Shown: piece by piece, positions 21,985-31,241 of the stretch | How positions within the stretch are numbered: position 1 is the first letter of the stretch | Layout: each line of letters begins with the position of its first letter | NCBI GenBank assembly: GCA_963733195.1 | Contig: CAVTCR010000002.1 | Span: 1 to 38,946 of the forward strand | Origin: an uncultured delta proteobacterium | Lineage (GTDB): Bacteria > Desulfobacterota > Binatia > Bin18 | Length of the DNA: 38,946 nt | Direction: 5' to 3' | Notes under the pieces: generated by a model | The model's input: the letters and a program-made list of their open reading frames with translations, nothing else | Told to the model about the DNA's origin: nothing | The model's database searches: none | Program-made: the position numbers and the translations under genes

Positions 21985-22190
21985 TTCATAACGATACAGA
22001 GTTACAAGGTACTCAGGAGCGAATCGTCTTCTTCTCCCGTTTGGTCGCGAATATGCGCCAAGTCGAGAAACCGGAGAATTTCAAATATATGGCGAGCGGG
22101 TATCTAGCTGAAATCGAAAAGATGCACGCTGAAGTGATGGAGTATCTCAGCCGCCACGCTAGTGAGCCCACTCCGGCCGAGGCGGCTTAG
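21981..22190 (+). CDS. Small helical hypothetical protein (69 aa) coupled to the DUF6932 gene
   Basis: GTGA start/stop overlap, GGAGG RBS; MIHNDTELQGTQERIVFF...YLAEIEKMHAEVMEYL. Confidence 0.75.
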   Translation: MIHNDTELQGTQERIVFFSRLVANMRQVEKPENFKYMASGYLAEIEKMHAEVMEYLSRHASEPTPAEAA

Positions 22191-22387
22191 CCGTGGCTCG
22201 CGGTTTTTCGTATAGTATGGATCGTCTGGTTATCTATACTCGCCTTGTTGGTACTCAAGCTGAAGTGGGTCATTCAAATAGATAAGCAAAAGAAAGTGCG
22301 ATCATCCCAAGTGTAGAGTTCGATCATTGTGTACTCCGTTCTTTCTGTGAGTGTGCTATGACGCTCTGCGCAAAGGAGGAACTGCTG

Positions 22388-23690
22388 ATGTCAGTAGTAA
22401 TGGAACTGCCATGACCGTCACAGTCAGTCAAATGCGGACCACACCTGAGGGATACTTCACAATTCGCTGGGGGCAGCCTGAATACACGGACTGGATTGAC
22501 GAAAGCATGTCGTGGAAGGAGACGTGCTACATCGGCGACTGGTCTTTTTTGTGGGAGCGCCGTTTCAAAGGACCTGACGTACTGAAGCTGTTCTCGGATA
22601 TTTCGGTCAACAGCTTTGCCAAGTTCGCTATCGGTCAGGCCAAACACGTCATTCACTGCACTGACGCGGAAAAGTGATTCATGAAGGCATTCTCAATCGC
22701 CTTGGCGAAGATGAATACATGTTGTTCGGTCGCGGTGGTTTCTGGGTTGACTACAAGTTACGTCATGGTCGTTACGATGCGACCTCCGAGCAAGATGACT
22801 GGTTCAACTATCAGGTCTCCGGCCCGAGTTCTCTCCATGTCATTGAGAAGGCGGCAGGACAGAGTATCCGCGATATTGCCTTCATGCACTCGGCAAAAAT
22901 TCACATCAACGGCCGCGAGGTTCGTGCCTTGCGCCAGGGTATGGCTGGTGAGATCGGCTATGAAATTCAGGGACCACGAGTGTATGCCCAAGAGATCTAC
23001 GATGCGATCCTGGAAGCTGGCAGGGAATTCGGTATTCGTCAGCTCGGTGGACGTGCCGTTTTTATCAACCACCTCGAAGCGTGTTTCCCGACAATCGTGA
23101 CTGACTACCTGCCAGCGATCTTCGGAGAAGACATGAAAGAATACTTTGCTGAGTTTAAGGCAGCCATGCCCGCGTACGCCATCACCTTTAACCTCGCTGG
23201 AAGCTTTGAGGCTGATGATGTCAGCGCCTGGTATCGCAGCCCCGTCGAGCTAGGTTGGGCGAATCGCATCAAGTTTGACCACGACTTTATCGGGCGCAAG
23301 GCACTTGAGGAGGAAGTCGCTCATCCGCGGCGTGTAATGCGGACGCTGGTATGGAACGCAGACGATGTGGTCGAGGTCTACGCCTCGCTCTTTCACCAGG
23401 GCAAGCCATATCACTATATGGAAATGCCACGTGATCAGCGAGGCTTCATGTATGCGGATAAGGTTCTCAAGAATGGCAAGCTTGTTGGCGTGGCAACCTC
23501 GCGTGGATATAGTTACCATTTCCGACAAATGCTCTCGCTGTGCACGGTCGATGTCGAGCACAGCGAGCCTGGTACCGAGGTCACTGTCGTTTGGGGCAAT
23601 CCTGGCGAGCCGCAGCGAGAGATCCGCGCAACCGTCGCTCCCGCTCCGTACAAGCAGGACAATCGGCGCAGTGATGTAAGCAAACTATAA
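22388..23690 (+). CDS. GcvT-family THF-dependent aminomethyltransferase, LigM/DesA O-demethylase-like (frameshift near 22667; start 22388 or 22411)
   Basis: EYTDWIDESMSWKE, LRQGMAGEIGYEIQGP, SPVELGW, IKFDHDFIGRKALE, GTEVTVVWG. Confidence 0.85.
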
Positions 23691-23716
23691 ACTGAAAGCA
23701 AGGTAAGGAACATATT

Positions 23717-24487
23717 ATGGCAACGACAGAGCACCAACAGTGGAATCCTGAACAGTACGAAAAGAATGCCCGGTTCGTTTCTGATCTGGGGATGCCAGTT
23801 GTTACACTCTTGGAACCACGTGCCGGAGAACGTATTCTTGACGTAGGCTGTGGCGACGGACCGCTGACGAAGAAACTCGTTGAGATGGGATGTGAAGTAG
23901 TAGCTGTAGATGCCAGCCCAGCAATGATAGAAGCAGCGAAAGCCTTGGGACTTGATGCTCGCGTGATGGATGGACAGGCACTTCAGTTTGCCCGTGAATT
24001 CGACGCCGTGTTTTCCAATGCGGCACTCCACTGGATGAAACAGCCAGAGGCGGTCATTAACGGAGTCTGGCAGGCGCTGAAACCTGGTGGACGGTTTGTC
24101 GCCGAATTCGGTGGCGATGGCAATACAGCCACAGTCCTTCGCGCTCTCGACCTCGCGTTACGACAGCGAGGCCTCGACTTTCGCACGTTGAGTCCGTGGT
24201 ACTTTCCGTCCGTGGAAGAGTATCGCAGCAAACTCGAAACACGCGGATTCGTAGTCAACACCATCGCCCTGATTCCAAGACCAACACCGTTGCCAGGGAG
24301 CCTCGTCGGTTGGCTGGAGACCTTCGCGCAAAGCTTTGTCGCGCCATTGCCTGTTGCCGAACGTGCGCAGTTCCTTGCTGATGTAGAGAACCAGTGCCGC
24401 TCCACATTATGTGATGCGAATGGCAAATGGGCAGTTGATTACGTACGCTTGCGTTTCTCGGCAACGAAGCCAGATTCGGCATTGTGA
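23717..24487 (+). CDS. Class I SAM-dependent methyltransferase
   Basis: ILDVGCGDG, FDAVFSNAALHW, LKPGGRFVAEFGG, DYVRLRF. Confidence 0.92.
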   Translation: MATTEHQQWNPEQYEKNARFVSDLGMPVVTLLEPRAGERILDVGCGDGPLTKKLVEMGCEVVAVDASPAMIEAAKALGLDARVMDGQALQFAREFDAVFSNAALHWMKQPEAVINGVWQALKPGGRFVAEFGGDGNTATVLRALDLALRQRGLDFRTLSPWYFPSVEEYRSKLETRGFVVNTIALIPRPTPLPGSLVGWLETFAQSFVAPLPVAERAQFLADVENQCRSTLCDANGKWAVDYVRLRFSATKPDSAL

Positions 24488-24542
24488 TTAGATCAGGCCA
24501 CACGAGATTCGTACAGCTACTCACTCATCCATCTCTTCCTTC

Positions 24543-24595
24543 GTAGCGTACGCCATGCACACAAGCAGGGGGATCGTGCGCGCAGCGCACGCTAC
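24543..24595. repeat. Degenerate GTAG-type REP doublet between convergent genes
   Basis: GTAGCGTACGCCATGCACAC ... GTGCGCGCAGCGCACGCTAC. Confidence 0.65.
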
Positions 24596-24664
24596 AACGT
24601 GTTTGCCACTCTCGGATGTTCCACTTTAACCAAACCACCAGCAAAATCCTGCGAGCATCCAGTC

Positions 24665-26020
24665 TTACAGCGAGTCTAGAAACGCTAACACTTGAGTTTT
24701 CTGTTCGTAAGTCAATGTATTGTAACTATTTCTTACACTTGTGGCCTGCCCGGCATGACGGCGGATAGCTTCCTGTTTGGTGAACGACAGACCATCGTGC
24801 ATCAGGCGGTTACGAGTTCTGAGTGCCCACAGTGGAGCAGTGCGGATCTGACTCGCAGTTGACGCAAATTCGGCCGTAGGAAGAAAGGGGATGCCGTCGC
24901 CCGTACCAATGTCGTGTAACAAGAAGTCACTGTACGGATGGATAATCTTGTTCCCGAGAGCATCTGGAACTGTGAAAGCCTGGCCGTTGATCTTCGTGCC
25001 CGGACGCGCCGTAGTGATGGTAGGGGTGTGACAAACAGCACAGCCAATCTGGGTAAATAGCTGTTCGCCAGCGCGGACATCGGAAGTTATCGGCCCGCGT
25101 GAAGGCGCCTTGGTGGATCGCATGAAGTTGGCAAAGGCCACAATATCTACACCGTCGTCCTCAGGGTCAGCAACTGGATCGTATTTCGAACCAAAAGCAA
25201 CAGGATGGCCACTAGATGTATTTTCCTCCGGAAACAGCGGACTGGTTATCCCCATTTCGTTGAGGTAAGCATCGGCCGAAAACGATTCGAGGCTGGCGTG
25301 CTGACTCTTCCATCCGAAACGCCCGATCCGTGCTTTATTCCCGGCTTCGAGCACAGGGACACTAAGCGCAGTACCACGCAGGGCCTCTGGCTGCCGGTCT
25401 CGAATTGCTATGAGGGTGCTATCCGCTATGCTCTCGACGAAGCCATTGCCCAAAGTGTTCGTCGAGATACGGAACGTCCGCATAGTGTCCTTGACGGAGA
25501 CCCGCTCTACAATATCAGGGTGAGTAGCTCGCGATTGAACCAGTGAACCGCCCAATGATTCAAAGAACTCGTCATTCTCTACGTGCCCGGTCCGCTGCTC
25601 GGCTACCTGGCTTGCGCCCCCGGTGACGACGTTCTGATGGCACTCTCTACAACTCTGGCCGTTATATGTAGGCCCGAGTCCATCTGCGACGCTTTCAGCC
25701 TCCTCAAAGATGAATCTATTATCATTGAACGAGCGGAGCGGCACGACATTGTCTTCATTCAAGGTATCAAAACGTGGCCCCTGCACCGTGAAGCCATTGG
25801 TCAGGCTATCAAAGCCCGTGGGTGCTTCGGTCGTACCATTCCTCGCGACGCCAGAATCAGCTTGATCTTCGGCTTCGATGGCGCCGTTATGGCGGAATCT
25901 TTCCCTACGGGTTTGATTAGTTCCACTGCCAGATTGACCCTCAACAGAAAGAGTCAGTACTCCGAGGCTGAGCAGTGTGGCAGCCGCGGGCGTCAGCACA
26001 AAAAGTTTGTATGATTTCAT
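24665..26020 (-). CDS. Di-heme oxidoreductase / putative peroxidase (DUF1111, DHOR family), exported
   Basis: Signal peptide, GLGPTYN, CRECH and CAVCH heme motifs, GRFGWK, YSDFLLHD, RTAPLW, HDG. Confidence 0.9.
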   Translation of the reverse strand: MKSYKLFVLTPAAATLLSLGVLTLSVEGQSGSGTNQTRRERFRHNGAIEAEDQADSGVARNGTTEAPTGFDSLTNGFTVQGPRFDTLNEDNVVPLRSFNDNRFIFEEAESVADGLGPTYNGQSCRECHQNVVTGGASQVAEQRTGHVENDEFFESLGGSLVQSRATHPDIVERVSVKDTMRTFRISTNTLGNGFVESIADSTLIAIRDRQPEALRGTALSVPVLEAGNKARIGRFGWKSQHASLESFSADAYLNEMGITSPLFPEENTSSGHPVAFGSKYDPVADPEDDGVDIVAFANFMRSTKAPSRGPITSDVRAGEQLFTQIGCAVCHTPTITTARPGTKINGQAFTVPDALGNKIIHPYSDFLLHDIGTGDGIPFLPTAEFASTASQIRTAPLWALRTRNRLMHDGLSFTKQEAIRRHAGQATSVRNSYNTLTYEQKTQVLAFLDSL

Positions 26021-26801
26021 ACGTTAGCTGTTCCTTTCTAGTTTATTATTTCGTTGTCGAAGGCATACCCTCTCAGTTCGAGTTGCGCGGTCCACGCCTC
26101 AACGGAACGAATACATTCCGGAACACGTAATCCGCAGTTTATGTTACGATAAGGCACATCTGGTTTGACTTCATGAGCATTTTTGTTCCTCCTTTCACTG
26201 CTTATTTTCGTGCAACGCAGGCCGTTGCCCGCGGTCAAAAAGCCACTTAAACCCCAAACTACGACGAAGAGCATAGATTTAGCCCAGGCTAGCGATGGCT
26301 AACAAAGGAGTTCGAAAGGACGTTGAGCTCGTGTGACTCAGCCCCATGTACGAGAAGTACCAAGCAGAGTAGACGCAGTGCGTCACTCTGTTCTGTCCCA
26401 GAACTGGGATTCGCTATTAACAAGGTAACCTCAGAAAAGAGGTCGTCACCTACGCTCGTGAAAAAACTGACTGCGAGCCAGCGATCACAGAACACACTTT
26501 GTATCTGTTGTCGCCTTCAACACACTGTCAGCAAGCGTCACGATACGAGCGGGGACCGGGACCGGTCATACGAGAAAACGCAAGCGAACCCCTACAAGGC
26601 TAAAAACGCTCACGGTAATTAGAACGTATCATCGAAACACCCCCCTTTTGTTGTTGTTTCGGTGAGCTGTCTCTCTCTCCCACCATAGGGTTAAACGAAG
26701 GGGAGATTAAAACGAGATTAAAAGAAGGGGATGCTTCAGCATTATATAAAATTTTTTTCGTTTCTTGTCTTGCCGGATTTCCGTTTTTTCGGAAATGCTT
26801 T

Positions 26802-27488
26802 TTATGACGCATCTTCAGCCTTCGGCAGGCGTAACGTATAACCTGCTCCATGCACGGTTTGGATCAGTTTAACGGGATGCCCAACATCGATTTTCTTGCG
26901 CAGCATACGAATGTGGACATCGACGGTATTGGAAAAGACATGTTCGTTCATCCAAACACGCTCCCGCACCGCATCACGAGTGAGCACACATCCTTCAGAT
27001 GCCGCTAACGCCTCTAAGAGTTCGTATTCCCGATGACTCAAGCCAATAGTTTTTCCTGCACGCGTTACGCAGCGCTGTGCGGTATCGATCTCCAGGTCAC
27101 TCACTCGAATTAAACGCGTGCGATGAATCTTGTCTCGTCGTAGCAGTGCTCGCACCCGCGCTAATAGTTCCCTAAAGTCAAACGGCTTTGGGAGATAGTC
27201 GTCAGCGCCGGTATCGAGGCTACGCACGCAATCATCTACTGTGTCTCGGGACGTGAGCATGAGCACCGGAGTGCGAATACGCTGCGACCGCAGTTCCTCA
27301 CAAATGCGCCACCCATCTAGCTTTGGCAGCATGAGCTCTAAGACGATTAGGCCGTAGCTATTCTCCAACGCCAGCGTGAGGCCGGTTGCCCCGTCTGTCG
27401 CCAGATCAACTTGATAGTGCACTTCCTCCAGGCCACACCGGAGCATCTTCGCAAGATCTGCGTTATCCTCAACTACTAAAAGTTTCAT
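26802..27488 (-). CDS. OmpR/PhoB-family response regulator, orphan, Glu at the phosphoacceptor position
   Basis: MKLLVVED, LIVLELMLP, LMLTS, GADDYLPKPF; winged helix VDVHIRMLRKKID, IQTVHGAGY. Confidence 0.9.
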   Translation of the reverse strand: MKLLVVEDNADLAKMLRCGLEEVHYQVDLATDGATGLTLALENSYGLIVLELMLPKLDGWRICEELRSQRIRTPVLMLTSRDTVDDCVRSLDTGADDYLPKPFDFRELLARVRALLRRDKIHRTRLIRVSDLEIDTAQRCVTRAGKTIGLSHREYELLEALAASEGCVLTRDAVRERVWMNEHVFSNTVDVHIRMLRKKIDVGHPVKLIQTVHGAGYTLRLPKAEDAS

Positions 27489-27790
27489 TGTTGCACCGCA
27501 CAGATGAAATTGAGATGAAAATGTGGCAGAGGCATTCACCTCCTCAACATCATTGAGGGGGTAATGATAACATTCCTTAGCTAGCGAACAAAATCGACTA
27601 CGATTCCCGTCGTTCTGCTTTCCTCTGGACAGCGCCTCTACAATTTGCCGGAGGTGGATTTAGGACTTGTAGGAGAGCGGATTTACCACCTTTTGCCAGG
27701 CAGGGCATTCGATATCGAGCCTTGTGGGACAAGCTCTTCAACTTCTTTGCTGTTTCCTTTTAGAGGTCCAGTTTCATTCAGCACTGGGAG

Positions 27791-28390
27791 CTAATGAAAC
27801 CACCAGCCTGGCCATGCTTCAACCAGTGCGGCCAGTTTGGCATAACCTGCCGCACTGGGATGAGCACCATCACCTGTTGTTACTTCAGTTCATCCAAACG
27901 ACTATCCGTCTGCTAACTGGTCAAAGACGGACAAGAACGGGACTCCTTCGCTTTCCGCGACTTCCGCTAACAAGCTGGATAGTCGCTGAGTTCTGAGGTT
28001 TTGCTCTGCATCGGCATTAGGTGGTGGCCCAATCATGATGGTGGAATAGCGTTGCTTTGCTGTACGAAGCATCTCACGCGCGTTCACGACACTTTGCATT
28101 TCAGGGACGCGAGTCTGCCCCTCTTCGATGGTGGTATCGTTTACCCCGAAGGAGAATACGACAAACGGCATGCAGCTACTCGGCAATCGCGTTCGCACTT
28201 CCTGTTGCCATCGTTTTGCAATGTCACTGCTAGTTTCTCGTCGCACGCCAAGGTTGTAGCAGGTCAGATTGTACCCTTTGCGTCGTGCAGCAACCGACAC
28301 TCGTCCTGTCCAGCCGAGATACTCCGGATCACTCGTGCCGTTGATATAAGAGTCACCGACAAAGCAAATGCGTAAATCTTGGTCTTTCAT
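27791..28390 (-). CDS. GDSL/SGNH hydrolase (local indels near 27888-27910 create two stops)
   Basis: FVGDSY, YNLGVRRETS, FSFGVND; catalytic GDGAHP and GY...WW tail continue past the stops to 27791. Confidence 0.85.
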
Positions 28391-28437
28391 GAATACTTGC
28401 CTTCCTTTTCCGTGGGTACAAGTCGGCAAGGCCTTCT

Positions 28438-28752
28438 CTAGAGATATGGCTCCCCTTCCTCTCCAATAATGATTTCCGTGCGCGCGATGGCAGCCTGTCG
28501 CAGCGGCGCCAACTTGGCGAGCTCCGCATCTCCTCTGTATGCGTCAAATCGCTCCATGCTTGGAAATGAAACAATGTGGATCTCGTGTGGAGCGACACCT
28601 GATTGCGCGGAGACAGTCGAACGAATTACCCGTTCGATTTGCCCACCATATCTTTTCATAATCCGAGCAGCTTCGGTTTCGAACTGACGGAACTCAGCCT
28701 CGCGGCCAGCATGGATGAAAAGGGATACCACTAATATGATTCCAGAGCTCAT
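28438..28752 (-). CDS. DUF1330 family protein
   Basis: Ferredoxin-like pattern RYGGQI...IVSFPSMERFDAY...LR. Confidence 0.75.
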   Translation of the reverse strand: MSSGIILVVSLFIHAGREAEFRQFETEAARIMKRYGGQIERVIRSTVSAQSGVAPHEIHIVSFPSMERFDAYRGDAELAKLAPLRQAAIARTEIIIGEEGEPYL

Positions 28753-28791
28753 ACTGCACCTCTCTGCGCGATTAGCATTTGAGTCATGTTC

Positions 28792-29295
28792 TTAGCGGAA
28801 ACGCTTCTGCATATGGAACGACTGACCACCCACACGGTTGGTTAGTTCGCCAATGACGACAAAGCCGAATCGTTCATACAGCCGTTTCGCTGGGTTCGTC
28901 GCACGAACACTGAGATACACGGCAGGATAGGACGTAGCAGCGGTATTGAAGAGATGAGTCAGGAGTTGAGCGCCGATACCTTTGCCAGTGGAGGACGGAA
29001 CGACGGCAATAGCCAATTCTGGGGTCCCGTCTTCGATATCGTCACAGTTCTTGTCTTCACCGACGAAGACCCGTAGCCACGCGGCACCGACCAGCTGGAG
29101 AGTTCCCACCTCGTAGGCGATCACACCAAGATCGCCAGGTTGTCCCCAGTGAGTGACGTATTTGGTGAGAAACGGATTGTTCCTAGCTTTTTCGACCGAA
29201 CTATCAGGTTCCTCATCCACGTGCGCTGCGTAGTACAACATCTCCCACAAGAAGGGCTCATCAATGAGGTACACTGGACGGAACCGACAATTCAT
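28792..29295 (-). CDS. GNAT family N-acetyltransferase
   Basis: ELAIAVVPSSTGKGIGAQLL acetyl-CoA motif, NPAKRLYERFGF; GAGGAGG RBS. Confidence 0.92.
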   Translation of the reverse strand: MNCRFRPVYLIDEPFLWEMLYYAAHVDEEPDSSVEKARNNPFLTKYVTHWGQPGDLGVIAYEVGTLQLVGAAWLRVFVGEDKNCDDIEDGTPELAIAVVPSSTGKGIGAQLLTHLFNTAATSYPAVYLSVRATNPAKRLYERFGFVVIGELTNRVGGQSFHMQKRFR

Positions 29296-29311
29296 ACGCT
29301 CCTCCTCTCAC

Positions 29312-29347
29312 AAAAGAAAAAGGGCTGCGACTTTCACCGCAGCCCTT
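29312..29347 (-). terminator. Intrinsic terminator T2 in GNAT leader
   Basis: Minus strand AAGGGCTGCG-gtgaaagt-CGCAGCCCTT running into TTTCTTTT. Confidence 0.8.
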
Positions 29348-29351
29348 CAGG

Positions 29352-29391
29352 AAACAAAAAGGCCGCAGGAAGTATGCTTCGCCTGCGGCCT
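29352..29391 (-). terminator. Intrinsic terminator T1 in GNAT leader
   Basis: Minus strand AGGCCGCAGG-cgaagcatactt-CCTGCGGCCT followed by TTTTGTTT. Confidence 0.8.
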
Positions 29392-29422
29392 GTGAACGTT
29401 GCCTGTTAGTACAGTGTCTCGT

Positions 29423-29515
29423 TCAGACGCCGCGCAACGAAGCGCTCGTACGCACATGACGGCGAATACGAACGGCTTTGCTCACAGAAAGTCTGGAGAG
29501 AACACTGAGTGTCAT
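29423..29515 (-). CDS. Putative attenuator leader peptide MTLSVLSRLSVSKAVRIRRHVRTSASLRGV (30 aa)
   Basis: ATG follows an 8-nt gap after the -10 box, no RBS; its last codons and stop overlap a strand complementary to the 5' arm of T1. Confidence 0.6.
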   Translation of the reverse strand: MTLSVLSRLSVSKAVRIRRHVRTSASLRGV

Positions 29516-29523
29516 CGGAGGAC

Positions 29524-29552
29524 TTTATACGTTCGTCGAGAGCCAGAGTCAA
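29524..29552 (-). promoter_or_regulatory. Sigma70-type promoter
   Basis: TTGACT (29552-29547), 17-nt spacer, TATAAA (29529-29524). Confidence 0.72.
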
Positions 29553-29634
29553 CCGCATTGAGTAGCTGAACTGCGCGGTCAGATCTCCATGCTTCCTTAG
29601 ATGGTAGATCACTTCACCACAATTCCCTGACCTT

Positions 29635-30006
29635 CTAACGCAGTTGGGCGGCTCGGGCTATCGTTTCATTCAACGCTTCGCCAATCTCCGCTTGGATAAA
29701 CGGCTTGACTCCATCACTACCCGTCAAGGATAACCACAGAGGTCCACCTGCCGGTTGGACTTCCATACGAAAGCCAAAGAACGGACAACAAAGCTTTTCC
29801 CGCATGATAAACTCGGCAACCTTCAGCAATACCGTAGCTTCGTTTGGTAAGCGAAAAGCATAGCCATTAGGCAGTTCTTGAATCTCCTGCACCGCCTGAA
29901 AGACTTCACGAGCAGTAGCAACGTGTTGTTTGCGCTGACTCGGTTCAATTGCGCTCATATCACAGACAAATACAGACGCCATATCCGAACTTTGACAGGT
30001 TGCCAT
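29635..30006 (-). CDS. Hypothetical protein with ExxCCPFF motif (possible metal/metalloid-binding)
   Basis: FVCDMSAI, ELPNGYAFRL, REKLCCPFFGF, LWLSLTGSDGVKPFI. Confidence 0.72.
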   Translation of the reverse strand: MATCQSSDMASVFVCDMSAIEPSQRKQHVATAREVFQAVQEIQELPNGYAFRLPNEATVLLKVAEFIMREKLCCPFFGFRMEVQPAGGPLWLSLTGSDGVKPFIQAEIGEALNETIARAAQLR

Positions 30007-30056
30007 TTTTCGCACCCTCTATAATGCTAGCGTGGACAGCTCGGGAAGCATGGCCG

Positions 30057-30653
30057 TCACGACAGCTCCTGATGGGTTTCGATAATCCGCGAGACGATAC
30101 CGTACTCGATTGCCTCATCTGCGCTCATCCAGAAGTCACGCTCCATATCGGCAAGCACTTTCTTCAGTGATTGACCTGTCTGTTTGGCAATGACCTGGGC
30201 AATACGCTCGCGTGTACGCAGAATCTCCTTTGCTTGGATAGCGATATCGGTTGCCGGTCCGCCAGCTCCACCACCAGGTTGATGGATCATAAAGCGCGTG
30301 TTCGGTAAACAGACTCGCCGATCCTTTGGTGCCGCCAGAAAGATATGGGTCCCAGCGCTGGCCACCCATCCGGTACCAATCGTCGTCACCGGTGCGCGTA
30401 CGAATCTGATCATGTCATGGATTGCATCCCCGGACTCCACGTGACCTCCGGGTGAAGATATCAGGACGTTAATAGGAGCATCCGATTCTTGCGTCAGCGC
30501 GATCAGTCGTTCACACGTCGCTCGCGCGGCGGAGTGATTGATTTCACCAAAGACGAGCACAAAGCGAGCCTTGAACGAAAGCTGCTCCGCAAGACTTTCT
30601 GTTTTCTCAATCTTTTCTGGCTTTTCGTCAGTTGCATCCATTCGATGCGTCAT
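30057..30653 (-). CDS. clpP: ATP-dependent Clp protease proteolytic subunit (ClpP2-like paralogue)
   Basis: SPGGHVESGD, VASAG (catalytic Ser), RFMIHQP (His), ERDFWMSADEAIEYG (Asp); not in tig-clpP-clpX context. Confidence 0.95.
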   Translation of the reverse strand: MTHRMDATDEKPEKIEKTESLAEQLSFKARFVLVFGEINHSAARATCERLIALTQESDAPINVLISSPGGHVESGDAIHDMIRFVRAPVTTIGTGWVASAGTHIFLAAPKDRRVCLPNTRFMIHQPGGGAGGPATDIAIQAKEILRTRERIAQVIAKQTGQSLKKVLADMERDFWMSADEAIEYGIVSRIIETHQELS

Positions 30654-30680
30654 GGGTTTTCCTTTCTATAGAACAAAGCG

Positions 30681-31184
30681 TTATAAATTTTTGAACGCTT
30701 CATGATATTGGATGATTCCAGTCTTTCCGGCAAGGTAACCAGATTGCAATTCCAACACCATAAACGCTTCTTCAGGAGCCTCATACTCGCACCTGATACC
30801 ATAGCGAACAGAGGGGACAAAACCAAAGCGGGGATAGTACTCAATATGACCAAGCAGCACTACCGCACCAACCTCTAGAGCCCTGCATTTTTCCAGGCCT
30901 GATTTCACTAAAGCAGAGCCGATTCCCTTCCGTTGGTATCCTGGTAGGACTGCCATAGGAGCGAGGCCCATGATTCGTAGATCTGTATGACCTGAGAGAT
31001 GAACAGGAGAAAACAGAATGTGACCAATGATTGTTCCGCCTTCCTCGGCAACCAAGGAAACGATTGGGTGGCATTGTTCACGCAGAGAATTTACTAAATT
31101 GGCTTCAGCTGGCGTGGCAAAAGCCGCTTGATTGACTGCGAAAACCTCTGGCCAGTCGCTTTCCATCTCTTCTCGAACCCGCAC
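30681..31184 (-). CDS. GNAT N-acetyltransferase, YhbS-like
   Basis: GHILFSPV, LAPMAVLPGYQRKGIGSALV, LGHIEYYPRFGF. Confidence 0.92.
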   Translation of the reverse strand: MRVREEMESDWPEVFAVNQAAFATPAEANLVNSLREQCHPIVSLVAEEGGTIIGHILFSPVHLSGHTDLRIMGLAPMAVLPGYQRKGIGSALVKSGLEKCRALEVGAVVLLGHIEYYPRFGFVPSVRYGIRCEYEAPEEAFMVLELQSGYLAGKTGIIQYHEAFKNL

Positions 31185-31241
31185 GATACCTCCCTTCAGA
31201 GCAACTCTTCCCCGTGAGTTCCTGTTGTCTCCCTCTTCACC

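Noticed and set aside
26030-26800. Long intergenic region as an ncRNA, riboswitch or small genes
   Set aside because: No recognisable RNA family motif or convincing ORF by eye; a covariance-model search would be needed.
27888-27904. TAG and TGA in the GDSL gene as recoded stops
   Set aside because: Removing three single extra bases gives a sensible ATDVVWMTEV segment and restores the frame; the positions are not catalytic Cys sites.
29406-29612. 68-aa ORF spanning the GNAT leader
   Set aside because: It starts upstream of and runs through the predicted promoter and has no recognisable motif; the 30-aa ORF in another frame fits the promoter and RNA structure better.
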